In this document: one piece after another, positions 17,711 through 27,832 of the stretch
Layout of the letters: each line of letters begins with the position of its first letter
Numbering within the stretch: the stretch's first letter is position 1
Assembly: GCA_045863395.1 (NCBI GenBank)
Contig: BTVJ01000001.1
Location: 256,001 to 320,000 of the forward strand
DNA: 64,000 nt
Source: Myxococcales bacterium
GTDB taxonomy: Bacteria > Myxococcota_A > UBA9042 > JABWCM01 > BTVJ01
Direction of reading: 5' to 3'
The notes under the pieces: model-generated
The model's input: only the letters and a program-made list of their open reading frames with translations
Databases searched by the model: none
Told to the model about the DNA's origin: nothing
Program-made: the position numbers and the translations under genes

Positions 17711-19647
17711 CGGCTCCACCTCAGCACGGTCCCCTTGCGGCCGACGACCCAGAGCTCGGACGGCGCGGTGCCCGCGACGGCCTCGAGGACAGAGAAGGTC
17801 CCCGACGGCACGACCTCGACCCCCGCAGACCCCGCGTGGAGGATGAGACCGGACCAGCCGACCGCCACCACGTCGTCGGGAGCGGCGACGTGCACGCCGT
17901 ACAGGAAGTCGCCGGAGGAGGACCAGAGCTGCACCCACGCTCCGCCCTCGTAGCGGAGCAGGAGGCCGTTGTCGCCCACGGCGTAGGGCACGCCGTCAGC
18001 TCCCATGGCGAGGCGGCGCAGCGGCGACGAGGTGCCCGACGGCACCTTGGACCAGGAGGACCCATCGAAGCGCAGCACGAGCCCCTGGTCCCCGACGGCC
18101 CAGATGGCGTCGTTGGCAGAGCCCAGCACATCGGAGATCGACAGGAGCGTGCCGGCAGAGGCCTCCTGCCAAGAGCCGCCCGGCTCGCGCGTGAGGATGG
18201 TGCCCTTGTCACCGACGACCACGGTGAGGCCGTCGCCCAGCCACACGCCGCGCAGGGTGCGGTCCGTCCCGCTGGGCAGCGGGGCCCACAGGTCGCCGTT
18301 GGCCGACTCGACGATGACGCCGCCGGCGCCCACCGCCCGGTACAGCCCCTGGGGGCCGCGGCGCACGGACAGCAGGTCCGCCGTGGTGCCGCTCTGCGCC
18401 CCATACCAGCCGCCCGCGCGACGCAGGATGGTGCCGCCCGTCCCGACGACCACCAGGCCGTCCGCGTCGGCCCACGCGGACTTCAGATCCGCCACCGGGC
18501 CGCTCGCGGCATCCTTCCACACCTTGGCGTCCAGGGTGAGCATGGCGGCCCCCTCGCCACCCGCGAACGCCACCGGCGCGCCCTGCCCGGCAACCACGGC
18601 CACCGAGCGCAGGGCCGCCTGCTTGTTGTAGGGGCCCACGACGTCCTGCACCCCCCACTTGGAGCCGTTGTAGTGCACGACGACGCCACCGTCTCCTACC
18701 GCGTAGATGCTGTCGGCGCCGACGCCAGCGATGCCGTGGAGCGTGCGGTTCGTGGGGTCGTTGGTGGTCTGCACCTTCCAGCCGCTGCCGTTGAACAGCG
18801 ACACCGTGCCGTTGTCGCCGACCGCGTACACGGCCGTGACCTTGGTGCCCCACACCCCGCGCAGAGTGATGGACGGCGACGCCGCCTGGGTGGTCACCCA
18901 GACTCCGCCCGTGCGGCGAAGCACCTGGGCGGACTCGCCGGCCGCGAACAGCGTGCCGGACTCGGGCCCCCAGATGGCGTACAGGCGAGACTGGACGCTG
19001 GTCTCTTCCGTCGTCCACGTCGCGCCGTCCCAGTGGAGGATGAGCCCCCCGTCACCGCACGCCCACACGTCGTCCGCGGCGAAGCCCCAGACGCCCCGCA
19101 GGATCCCCGTGGCGCCCACCTGTGACGCGGTCCACCGTGCGCCGTCCCACCACGCCACGGTGCCGCCCGCACCGACGGCCACCGCGAAGGAGTCGCCCTG
19201 CGCCCAGATGGCGTGCAGGTCCGCGGCGGTCGGGCTACGCTCGGGGACCCACCCCGCCCCGTTCCAGCGGATGATCGTGCCGCCGTCACCCACGGCGAGG
19301 ATTCGCTGGGGTCCGACGGCGGCCATGCCGCGGATGGCTCCCTTGGCACCGAGCGCGACCGGCGTGAGCGTTGAGGGCTCGCCGCCCGCGTCACCCACGT
19401 CCGCCGCTGCATCCGGCACGACGGGGGTGTCTTCCTCGCCCCCGGCGTCCTCGACAGCACCGTCACCATCGGCGAGTGGGGTGTCCTCCACGGCCGCCGC
19501 GTCTCCATCGGCAGCGATGAGGGCATCCCCGGCGTCGGACTCCGCCGCGTCCTCGCCAGCGCAGGCGCCCTGAGCCACCGTCAACGCTACCGCCAGGACC
19601 AGCCACTGGTGCCGCGGCCGCGTGGGCCCGAGTCTTCTGTGTGTCAT
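17707..19647 (-). CDS. beta-propeller (BNR/YVTN-like) repeat lipoprotein
   Basis: Lipobox-like QGAC; roughly 14 repeats of the same ~40-aa blade motif. Confidence 0.85.
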   Translation of the reverse strand: MTHRRLGPTRPRHQWLVLAVALTVAQGACAGEDAAESDAGDALIAADGDAAAVEDTPLADGDGAVEDAGGEEDTPVVPDAAADVGDAGGEPSTLTPVALGAKGAIRGMAAVGPQRILAVGDGGTIIRWNGAGWVPERSPTAADLHAIWAQGDSFAVAVGAGGTVAWWDGARWTASQVGATGILRGVWGFAADDVWACGDGGLILHWDGATWTTEETSVQSRLYAIWGPESGTLFAAGESAQVLRRTGGVWVTTQAASPSITLRGVWGTKVTAVYAVGDNGTVSLFNGSGWKVQTTNDPTNRTLHGIAGVGADSIYAVGDGGVVVHYNGSKWGVQDVVGPYNKQAALRSVAVVAGQGAPVAFAGGEGAAMLTLDAKVWKDAASGPVADLKSAWADADGLVVVGTGGTILRRAGGWYGAQSGTTADLLSVRRGPQGLYRAVGAGGVIVESANGDLWAPLPSGTDRTLRGVWLGDGLTVVVGDKGTILTREPGGSWQEASAGTLLSISDVLGSANDAIWAVGDQGLVLRFDGSSWSKVPSGTSSPLRRLAMGADGVPYAVGDNGLLLRYEGGAWVQLWSSSGDFLYGVHVAAPDDVVAVGWSGLILHAGSAGVEVVPSGTFSVLEAVAGTAPSELWVVGRKGTVLRWSR

Positions 19648-19653
19648 GGGACC

Positions 19654-22600
19654 CTAGAGCTTCTGGAAGAAGTACTGATCGACCGCCCAGCTCCGCCACT
19701 CGAGCTGGTTGAGGTCGGTGTAGTCGTAGTTGTCTATGGCGAAGCCTTCCTTGTACACGCGGAAGGTCGTGAGCTTGAGCGTCCCGGGAGCGATGCCCGG
19801 CGTGCCCTCGATGTTGGGGAAGTCTGGCAGATTCACGCTCTGCACGGACCCGTCCGTGATGATGGTCCAGACCGGGGTGTCCCCCATGAGGCCCGGGATG
19901 GCGACCGAGATCATGTTGAAGTGGGGCGCCACCCCCGGCGCGGAGTCGAAGGCGATGGTGTAGCCCGCCATGACGCCGTTCTTCGCCGGGGTGACCGCCT
20001 TGGGCACGGGAAGGATGGGCCCGAGCACCAGCTCCGCCGAGCCGGCGGCCACCGCCTTGTCGGGGCCCCACCCCCAGATGGCCTCGAGCTGGTTGCGGAA
20101 CGCGCCCACGCCCTTCTTCTGCCAGGCGCTGCCGTCCCAGCGCAGGATGGTGCCATCGGACCCGACGACCGTCACGTCGCTCGGGCCGGTGCCCCACACG
20201 CCGCGGAGGCTCGCGATGGTGTCGGGCTTGTTCAGCGTCCAGGCGACGCCATCCCAGTGGATGACCGTGCCCCCGTCGCCCACTGCCCACACGTCGGCCG
20301 GCCCGCTGCCCCAGACTCCGCGGAGAGTCTGCGACGTGCCGCTGGTCTGGGCCGTCCACTTGGAGCCGTTCCACATGGACACCTGCCCGAAGGAGCCCAC
20401 GGCGAAGATGGTGTTCTTGTCGGCGCCCCAGATGGCCGTCCAGCTCTTGGCCGTCGACCCGAGGGTAGCCGGTACGGGCGCCCAGGTGGCGCCATCCCAC
20501 CGGAGCATGGTGTAGAAGCCCACGGCCCACATCTCATCGGGGCTCGCGCCCCACACGTCGAAGAGGTCCGCGGTCGTCCCGGTCACGGGCACTTGCTTCC
20601 AGGTGATGCCGTCGAAGCGCAGCACCGTGCCCGCGTCGCCCACGATCACCGCGTCATTGGCGCCGAAGCCCCAGACTCCGTTGAGGTCCACCTTGGCTGG
20701 TGACTGCTGCTGGGTCCAGCTCGCGCCGCCGTACCAGGCGATCAGCCCCTCGGGGCCCACGGCGAACACACTCGACGGCCCTGAACCCCAGAGATCGTTG
20801 ATGTTCTTCGAGATCCCCGTCTTCGACACCGACCAGCCGGACGCCCCGAGCTCCACCATCGCGTTGTCGTCGACGCCGGTGATGTTCTTGTGCAGGGTCA
20901 GGCTCATGGGCAGGTTGTCATCCGTCAGGGAGAAGGCGCCCGCCAGGAACGAGAAGCTCGCGTCGTAGAGCAGGTCCGTGAAGGAGTTGAGCTGACGCTC
21001 CACCAGGAGCTGCCCGTTGCCGAACACGACGGGGACCGAGTGCTTCATCTCGACGACCCCGTCCGTCCCCAAATCGAGGTAGGTGAAGGCGGCGATGATC
21101 TCCGGCCCGTTGACCAGCGGCGGGTCGTCGAGGCGCAGAGTGATGGTGCGGTCCATGGGGTGCTTCAGCTCCACGTCGTTGTCCGGGTAGAGCTGCCCCG
21201 GCGCCGCCAGGATGTGCCGCGCCACGCCCATGGTCAGGGGCACGAACTCCTGGGTGTCGTACTCCACGTAGCCACCCTGGCACACCACCGCGCTCTCGCC
21301 CGGGTAGAGGTAGATCTCGTAGTCGCCGCCGTCCTCGGTGACCTCGTACTTGGGGCCCCAGGTCCCGATGAGGGCCTCCAGGTCCTGCGTGAGCACGTTG
21401 GGCTTCGTGGTGGTGCAGCGGGCGACCTTCATGCCCGGCGACGGCAGGCACACGGTCTTGCTCGCCGAGCTGCCGCAGACGAAGCCCGTCGGGCAGTCCG
21501 TCGGCGCGGTGCACTCCTTCGTACAGCGGTTGCCCTGATCCCCGATGGCGTTGCACACGTAGCCGGGGCCGCAGGAGTCGGCGCTGCACGTCTGGCACAT
21601 GGGGAAGGGCGTGTCCACGAGCCCGAGCTTGGAGTTGCAGGTGCCCATGGGGACGATGACATACTTGGCGAGGCCGAAGACGCGCCCCGTCGCCACCGGA
21701 GGGGCCACGCCGGGGGGCGGCGCGCCGGGGCTCGGCGGCGGGATGGGCACCAGGTAGATGGTGATGTTCTTGGCGTTGAACTTGATGACCGAGTTGGACT
21801 CGTAGCCGTTCTTGCTCACGGAGACCTGCTGGGTCCCGAGCACGTCCGGCCCGCTGAAGGTCACCTGGCCGTCCAGGTTGGTGAAGCCCTGGTAGGGGGT
21901 CTCGGGATCCACCGACAGGATCACGAACGCGTCGGACACGGGGTCCCCCGACTGGGCGTCGAGGACCGTCACGTTGACGTCCCCCTCCACGCCGCCGCCC
22001 CAGGTGCCTCCCAGGTTGCTCGTCGGGTTGAAGTAGGTGAACGCGTCGGGCAGCATCGCCGCCCCCTGCACGCTCCGCACCTCGACGGGGACCGTCCCGA
22101 TGTCGCCCGGCGGGGTCTTGGCCGTGATCAGCGTGCCGTCGTGGACGACCGTGTGGCTGGCCTTGGCGCCGCCGATGAAGACCTCGGAGTCCGCCGGGAA
22201 GCTGCTGCCCACGAGCTTGACGAAGGTGCCGCCGGCCATGGAGCCGAGCGCCGGCTCGATGACCAGAAGCTCGATGCCGCCGCCCTGGTAGAAGAACCCG
22301 TCCTTGCGGGTGGCGGACAGGTCGCCGACCGTGACCTTCACCGGCACGAAGCCGGCGCTGCCGGGGGGCGTCACCGCCTTCAGGGTGGAGCCGCTCTGCA
22401 CGACCACCCCCGTCGCCGGGAGCGCCCCGACGCGGACGATGGCGCCCGGGGCGAAGCCGCTGCCAGTCACGGTGATCTGCGTGCCTCCCGAGATGGGACC
22501 GAGGGCCGGCGTGACGTCGTCCACGTGGATCTCGGGCAGGTAGGTGTAGCCGCCGGGGACCTCCGCCGAGCCGAGGCTGTTGGAGATCACCACCTTGACG

Positions 22601-23838
22601 GAGCCCACCGCGGCCCCCGCCGGGACCTCGACCACCGCCGAGTGCTTGGCCGCGTTGACGGAGATGGGCTCCGCCACGATCCCCCCGAAGGTAATCGCCG
22701 TGTCCTCCAGGTTGGTGAGGCCGTAAGCCACGACCGTCGCCGTCCCACCGCCGGACAGCGGCCCCTGGGAGGGCGCCACGCCGAGGGGGATCAGCACCGT
22801 GTTGGGCATGAACGGGTCGGTGTAGATGTAGCCGCCGGGCACGGTGGTGGTGCCCCAGTCGGTGACCACGTGGACGTCCACGGGGCCCTCGCCCTTGGCG
22901 GGAGGCGCCGTGACGGTGACGCTCTCGGCGCTCGGGTGGGCCTGGACGGTGGCGAACGCGTCGCCGAAGCGCACCGTCAGGTCGCCGCTGAGCCCCGTGC
23001 CGGTCAGCGTGACGGGGTTGCCCCCCTGGATGGGGCCGACCGGCGGCTCGATGCCACTCACGAGCGGATCGTCATAGTAGAAGTAGCCGTTCTTGAGGCT
23101 CCCGATGCCTTGCGCGTTGGACACGTGCACCGACGCAGGGCCCACCACGCCGTTGGGGGCGACGGCGAGGATGGTGGTGTCGTCCACCACCTGGACGGAG
23201 ATGGCGGCGCGGGTGCCCACGAGCACCTTGGAGCCAGCGATGAAGCCCGCCCCGGTAATGGTCAACGGCGTGCCGCCGTCCACGTGGCCCTCCGTGGGGT
23301 CCACGGACTGCACCTGCACGGCGTTGTAATAGAGGAAGGCGTTCTCCAAGGTCGCCTGCGCCTCCGTCACCGGGTCGAGCACACGGACGCTCACGAGGCC
23401 CGGCGGGCGCGGCGGCGACGTGGCGATCAGCCGGTGTGAGTCGATGACCATCACGTCGAGGGCGGCGCTCTCGCCGAAGGTCACGACCACGCCCTCCGTG
23501 AAGCCCGTGCCCTCCATGGCGATGAGCGCCCCACCGACCGTGGTGCCGCTCGTCGGGTCCACCAGGCTCAGGGTGAGCGGCTCGGCGGCCGCGTCGCTGC
23601 CGTCCTCCTCCCCCACGTCGCCAGTCGGCTTGGAGATGTCCGGCTCCGGCGGGATGTCCCAGGTGGCGACGTCCTCGGTCCCCACGTCGTCGGGAGTCTC
23701 CGCCACGTCCTGGGCGACGCCGCCGTCCGCAGCGCCCTCCCCCGCCGCGGGGGAGTCGGAGCAGCCGAGGGCGAAAGTCACGAACAGGGCAATGGTGCCC
23801 GCGAGGCCAAGGGAAGGGCAGGAGAATCTGCGGGACAT
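19654..23838 (-). CDS. IPT/TIG-domain lipoprotein with Cys-rich and beta-propeller regions
   Basis: Lipobox ALGC; five to six P..G...GG..I.G.GF IPT repeats; W-rich blades near the C-terminus. Confidence 0.88.
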   Translation of the reverse strand: MSRRFSCPSLGLAGTIALFVTFALGCSDSPAAGEGAADGGVAQDVAETPDDVGTEDVATWDIPPEPDISKPTGDVGEEDGSDAAAEPLTLSLVDPTSGTTVGGALIAMEGTGFTEGVVVTFGESAALDVMVIDSHRLIATSPPRPPGLVSVRVLDPVTEAQATLENAFLYYNAVQVQSVDPTEGHVDGGTPLTITGAGFIAGSKVLVGTRAAISVQVVDDTTILAVAPNGVVGPASVHVSNAQGIGSLKNGYFYYDDPLVSGIEPPVGPIQGGNPVTLTGTGLSGDLTVRFGDAFATVQAHPSAESVTVTAPPAKGEGPVDVHVVTDWGTTTVPGGYIYTDPFMPNTVLIPLGVAPSQGPLSGGGTATVVAYGLTNLEDTAITFGGIVAEPISVNAAKHSAVVEVPAGAAVGSVKVVISNSLGSAEVPGGYTYLPEIHVDDVTPALGPISGGTQITVTGSGFAPGAIVRVGALPATGVVVQSGSTLKAVTPPGSAGFVPVKVTVGDLSATRKDGFFYQGGGIELLVIEPALGSMAGGTFVKLVGSSFPADSEVFIGGAKASHTVVHDGTLITAKTPPGDIGTVPVEVRSVQGAAMLPDAFTYFNPTSNLGGTWGGGVEGDVNVTVLDAQSGDPVSDAFVILSVDPETPYQGFTNLDGQVTFSGPDVLGTQQVSVSKNGYESNSVIKFNAKNITIYLVPIPPPSPGAPPPGVAPPVATGRVFGLAKYVIVPMGTCNSKLGLVDTPFPMCQTCSADSCGPGYVCNAIGDQGNRCTKECTAPTDCPTGFVCGSSASKTVCLPSPGMKVARCTTTKPNVLTQDLEALIGTWGPKYEVTEDGGDYEIYLYPGESAVVCQGGYVEYDTQEFVPLTMGVARHILAAPGQLYPDNDVELKHPMDRTITLRLDDPPLVNGPEIIAAFTYLDLGTDGVVEMKHSVPVVFGNGQLLVERQLNSFTDLLYDASFSFLAGAFSLTDDNLPMSLTLHKNITGVDDNAMVELGASGWSVSKTGISKNINDLWGSGPSSVFAVGPEGLIAWYGGASWTQQQSPAKVDLNGVWGFGANDAVIVGDAGTVLRFDGITWKQVPVTGTTADLFDVWGASPDEMWAVGFYTMLRWDGATWAPVPATLGSTAKSWTAIWGADKNTIFAVGSFGQVSMWNGSKWTAQTSGTSQTLRGVWGSGPADVWAVGDGGTVIHWDGVAWTLNKPDTIASLRGVWGTGPSDVTVVGSDGTILRWDGSAWQKKGVGAFRNQLEAIWGWGPDKAVAAGSAELVLGPILPVPKAVTPAKNGVMAGYTIAFDSAPGVAPHFNMISVAIPGLMGDTPVWTIITDGSVQSVNLPDFPNIEGTPGIAPGTLKLTTFRVYKEGFAIDNYDYTDLNQLEWRSWAVDQYFFQKL

Positions 23839-23863
23839 GGCGGGGCTCCTCCAGCCGGGGGCG

Positions 23864-25843
23864 CTACTCCCCGGTCTCCTTGATCAGGCCCAGGTCTCTC
23901 AGGTCCAGACCACCTGGATACCCATAGGATACGTATTGATCGTAGCCGTAGACGATGACGCCGACGGGCTTGTCCGACGTGATGCTGTGGTCCCCGTCCG
24001 CGATGAGGCGCCGGTGGACCCGGTAGGCGCTGGAGACGGCCTCGAAGTCCTCCGCGGGGACCTCCTCGCCATCGATGAACACCTTGGCGCCCACGGGCGC
24101 GGTCACGTTGAGGTAGTCGAACTCGTATTTGTTGGGGGCCAGGACGACGTACTCCTTGCGGTACTGCTCCACGGGGACCGCCAGGATGAACGCCGGGTCT
24201 CCCGTACCCGCATCGCCCGGCTGGGCCACGCCGTTGACGTTGGGGTCCGGGGCGTCCTGGGCCGCCAGGAACTGGCCGACCATGACGGGCTTCTTGGCGA
24301 CGATCTCGAAGTGGGCGCTCGACTCGAACTCGACCCACTCCCCCCGGTTGAGCACCGGCAGCAGGATGCCGGGCTGCGGCGGGTAGAGGCTCACCTTGGT
24401 GTCGTCCTCCGCGGCGAGGATGCGCCAGATGTCCTTCTCCTTCCCGCGCTCCATGGACTTCGTGGCCACGTAGTAGGTGCCCCAGGTCTTGACCGGGAAG
24501 AGCTGCTGCTCCAGGTGGTCCGCGCAGCAGGTGTTGAACTTGATGCAGTCCTCGAGCGTGGCGCACTCGGTCTTGCCGTCCCACATGCACACGCCCTTCG
24601 CTTCCCCGGGCTCCTTGTCACAGCGAGCCGTGTTGGGGGCATTGGACGCCTCCGAGCCGCCGAAAACCACCACATTGCGGGTCGCGAGCACCACCGAGCC
24701 CGTCAGATCCGCCCCTGGCTCGTCGGTCTCGATGTTCAGCACGTCGTAGCGGTTCATGGTGACCTTGAGGGAGTCTCCGGGCTTCATGTGCTTGATGGAG
24801 CCCTTCTGCAACGTAGGCGCGGTGACCGTGACGGTCACGTCCGTGCCGTCGTTGACTGCGACCACCGTCAGGAAGCCCCGGAGCTGGCTGAAGGTCTGCT
24901 CGCGCGTCATCACGATGTAGTACTTGCCGAGCACGTCCGACGGCAGCAGCAGCGAGGCGTCGTTGCTGAACACGTTGACGTTCTCCAGCGGGTTGAACTG
25001 GTAGGCCGTCACCGGGATGGAGCTCTCGATGCGGTACGCGATGGGGGCGAGCATGGTGCCCTCCGCGTCCCGGCGCGGCAGGTTGTAGATGCGCAGGCCC
25101 CCGGGCTCGATGGGCGTGGGGTCGATCTCGACCCCCTTGGAGTCGACGGTCTGCGGCACCTCCTGCCCGCCCTCCATCTTCTTGACCTTGATCTCTGCGG
25201 CCTGCTTGGGGTGCGGGTTGCCGATGACGACCGCGAACTGGGCGCCGTTCGCGTCCAGGAAGCCGTTGGGGCCGCCGGGGACGAAGGCGTTGTCCAGGTC
25301 GACGGCCCAGTACTCGCACCCGATGTACGAGTTGAACTTCTTGTTGACCTCGCACAGCGCCACGCACGTGCCGCCCTGGCAGATCTGCCCGGTCTTCTCC
25401 TGGCTGCAGGTCTTGGTGGGCTGCCAGTGGCCGGTCTCGTCGCACTCGACGATGATGTCATCGTCCTTGCAGCTCTTGGACCCGGGGATGCACTCGGCGC
25501 AGGCGCCGTTCAGGCACCAGACGTCCTTGCCCTCCGCGTCCTTGCACGTCTGCTCGATGTAGTCGGTGCCGCTCGGGCTGCACTGCAGGACCGTGAAGGT
25601 CGGGGTCTGGCCTACGCACTCCTTCGGGGTGCCGGGGACGCAGACCTCGAAGCCGCCCTTGGTGTCCTCGGCAGTCGTGTCCGCTGCGTCCGACGGTGGG
25701 GTCGCCGTGTCGGCCGTGGTCGCCACGTCCACGTCGCCGCCCGAGACACCCGCGTCCGGCGTGGCGCTGGATGCGCAGGCCGCCAGGAGCAGGCTCAGGA
25801 GGGGGGCCACCCGGGGCGCCCTGTGCTGGGTGATTGCTCTCAT
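23864..25843 (-). CDS. IgGFc-binding-protein N-terminal-domain lipoprotein
   Basis: Lipobox LAAC; GCEYWAVDLDN, AYQFNPL, SNDASLLLP, DHLEQQLFP and SYGYPGG. Confidence 0.88.
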   Translation of the reverse strand: MRAITQHRAPRVAPLLSLLLAACASSATPDAGVSGGDVDVATTADTATPPSDAADTTAEDTKGGFEVCVPGTPKECVGQTPTFTVLQCSPSGTDYIEQTCKDAEGKDVWCLNGACAECIPGSKSCKDDDIIVECDETGHWQPTKTCSQEKTGQICQGGTCVALCEVNKKFNSYIGCEYWAVDLDNAFVPGGPNGFLDANGAQFAVVIGNPHPKQAAEIKVKKMEGGQEVPQTVDSKGVEIDPTPIEPGGLRIYNLPRRDAEGTMLAPIAYRIESSIPVTAYQFNPLENVNVFSNDASLLLPSDVLGKYYIVMTREQTFSQLRGFLTVVAVNDGTDVTVTVTAPTLQKGSIKHMKPGDSLKVTMNRYDVLNIETDEPGADLTGSVVLATRNVVVFGGSEASNAPNTARCDKEPGEAKGVCMWDGKTECATLEDCIKFNTCCADHLEQQLFPVKTWGTYYVATKSMERGKEKDIWRILAAEDDTKVSLYPPQPGILLPVLNRGEWVEFESSAHFEIVAKKPVMVGQFLAAQDAPDPNVNGVAQPGDAGTGDPAFILAVPVEQYRKEYVVLAPNKYEFDYLNVTAPVGAKVFIDGEEVPAEDFEAVSSAYRVHRRLIADGDHSITSDKPVGVIVYGYDQYVSYGYPGGLDLRDLGLIKETGE

Positions 25844-26044
25844 CGCTCCGAGGCTTCGTGAAGGGTCTGGGACGTCAACGCCCCCGCCGGACCGGCCCTC
25901 GGTTTGCGCTCACGTCACGCGGGCCGCGTCAAGTCGGCCGAACCGGGCCGGTTACGGCAAACGTGCATGATCGCCTGGACGGTAGCCGAGCGCAAGGGTC
26001 AAGTCAACTGACGGGTCCGTCCCTGGCGAGGGCGCGTCAGACGC

Positions 26045-27727
26045 TCACGGGAGGTCGACGGAGAGCCACTGGAGCCCCACCGCCCCGGAGCCGACCGGGT
26101 AGGAGCGCACCTCCTCGATATGGCCCCTCCGCGCGGCGACCGCCTCGTAGAAGCCGCGCGCCATCCGCTCGCCCGGCTCGCAGGGGCTGACGTCCACGTC
26201 GATGACCCGAGGGCTGAGCAGCACGTCATGGCGCCCGCCGCCCATGCGGTCGAGCACGGGCTCCCAGACGACCTCGGGCGTGTACCCCGAGCAGCCCTCC
26301 GCGTAGAGGGGGAAGGCGTGACGCGGGCGGACGCGCGAGTCCGTCAGGACCTCGAGGACGCCGACGACCCCGAAGGTCGTCGTCCAGGGGCTCGTCACGC
26401 CCGCCGCGTCCAGGTCGGCGGCCACGGCTCGCTGGGAGCGGAGGTCGAAGAAGGTGGAGTCCGCGTGGGCGATGGAGATGTTCCAGAGCACACCCTGAGT
26501 CACGTTGTTGACGAGCAGGAGGGCAAATGCGGCGCCGATGACCACGCGGGCGGCGCGGCGCGCGACGCGGTCCCACGCCAGCACTCCGATGATCGCCGCC
26601 GCGGCCGGCACGAAGGGAGCCACCAGCCCGAAGATCGACATGCCCTCGTAGTAGAAGGCCACGTACTGGAGCAGCACGAGCCCGAGCACCGCAGCGGCGA
26701 ATCGGAGCCGCAGCGGGGAGGCGCGCCTCAGGGCGAGCGCCGCGAGGGCGAGGGCGCAGAGGAGGTACAAGAAGCCGACGCCGGGGAATGGGTCCCAGCG
26801 GGGTCCCTGGCGCCCGGAGACGACGCCGCCCAGGTAGGTGCCGAGGCCCCCGAAGGATTCGTCGAAGTGCCGCGCGAAGAAGCCCCAGCGCTCGGGGCGC
26901 AGGAGCTCCCAGGGCCCAGCGACCACCTTGAGGCGCCGGTCGAGGGCGGAGGTCCCCGCCGGCTCGGCGAGGTACATGAGCTGAGGAGTGAGCGGGACGA
27001 GGAAGGCGAGTGTCGAGACGGCCCAGCCGCGCACGCCCAGCCGCGGGATGCGGTCGAGGAGGAAGGCGGCGGCGAAGGCGGCCAGGGCCGTCCACACGGC
27101 GGTGTTCTTGGCGGCCACGCCGACGCCGAGGGCGAGGGCGCCCAGGGCGGCGGTGCGAGCGCGGGGCTCCCGGGCATGGCGGAGCGCCAGGAGCCCGAAC
27201 AGCATCGGCCCGAGGGTGCTCCAGGTCTCCGCGGGGCGGAGCATGGTGTGCAGCGCCACGACGAGGGGGTGGGTGGCGACCAGCAGCGCCGCGACCACCG
27301 CGGCCCGGTCGTCCACCAGGCGGCGCACGAGGGCGAAGACGACCAGTGTGGTCAGGACACCGAGCACGACGGACAGGGCCCGGGCGGCGAGCGGGCCGCC
27401 CACTGCGAGCAGCGGGCGGTAGGGCCAGGCAGTGAGCGCTCCGATGTGCCCGTCGATCATCAAGGGGAAGGAGCCGCCAGCGCGCTCCACGACCAGCACC
27501 GGGGACCACTGGTAGCGGCGGAGCCCCCCCGTAGAGGCGCCGGTTCCGGGGGCGCCCTCCACATGGTCCACGTAATGACGGACCGGCGTGACATCGAGGA
27601 GACCGGCGACCTCCTCCGCGCTGAGGCCAAACCGGGCTCCCGCGGGGAGGGCCAGCGCCACGTGGAGCACCACGGCGAGGGTGAGCACGGCGCGGAGGCG
27701 GGGCGACAGGGGGACAGCGCTCGGCAC
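26045..27727 (-). CDS. multi-pass membrane GT-C glycosyltransferase (ArnT/PMT-like)
   Basis: Many TM helices; ARALSVVLG..VFALVRRL..AALLVATHP and LGVAAK patterns. Confidence 0.7.
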   Translation of the reverse strand: MPSAVPLSPRLRAVLTLAVVLHVALALPAGARFGLSAEEVAGLLDVTPVRHYVDHVEGAPGTGASTGGLRRYQWSPVLVVERAGGSFPLMIDGHIGALTAWPYRPLLAVGGPLAARALSVVLGVLTTLVVFALVRRLVDDRAAVVAALLVATHPLVVALHTMLRPAETWSTLGPMLFGLLALRHAREPRARTAALGALALGVGVAAKNTAVWTALAAFAAAFLLDRIPRLGVRGWAVSTLAFLVPLTPQLMYLAEPAGTSALDRRLKVVAGPWELLRPERWGFFARHFDESFGGLGTYLGGVVSGRQGPRWDPFPGVGFLYLLCALALAALALRRASPLRLRFAAAVLGLVLLQYVAFYYEGMSIFGLVAPFVPAAAAIIGVLAWDRVARRAARVVIGAAFALLLVNNVTQGVLWNISIAHADSTFFDLRSQRAVAADLDAAGVTSPWTTTFGVVGVLEVLTDSRVRPRHAFPLYAEGCSGYTPEVVWEPVLDRMGGGRHDVLLSPRVIDVDVSPCEPGERMARGFYEAVAARRGHIEEVRSYPVGSGAVGLQWLSVDLP

Positions 27728-27832
27728 GGCGACTCGCAGGGTCAGCGGGCCGCGAGGACTGGATCCTCGATCACCCTCGGAGGGCGCATGATCGGCTGCG
27801 CGAGGGGAGAGCGCAAGGGAGAAGTCGGTCGG

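Noticed and set aside
25996..26012. GGGTCAAGTC resembling the palindrome end
   Set aside because: Only about 10 bp match and no second arm; more likely a minus-strand -35 (TTGACT) or chance
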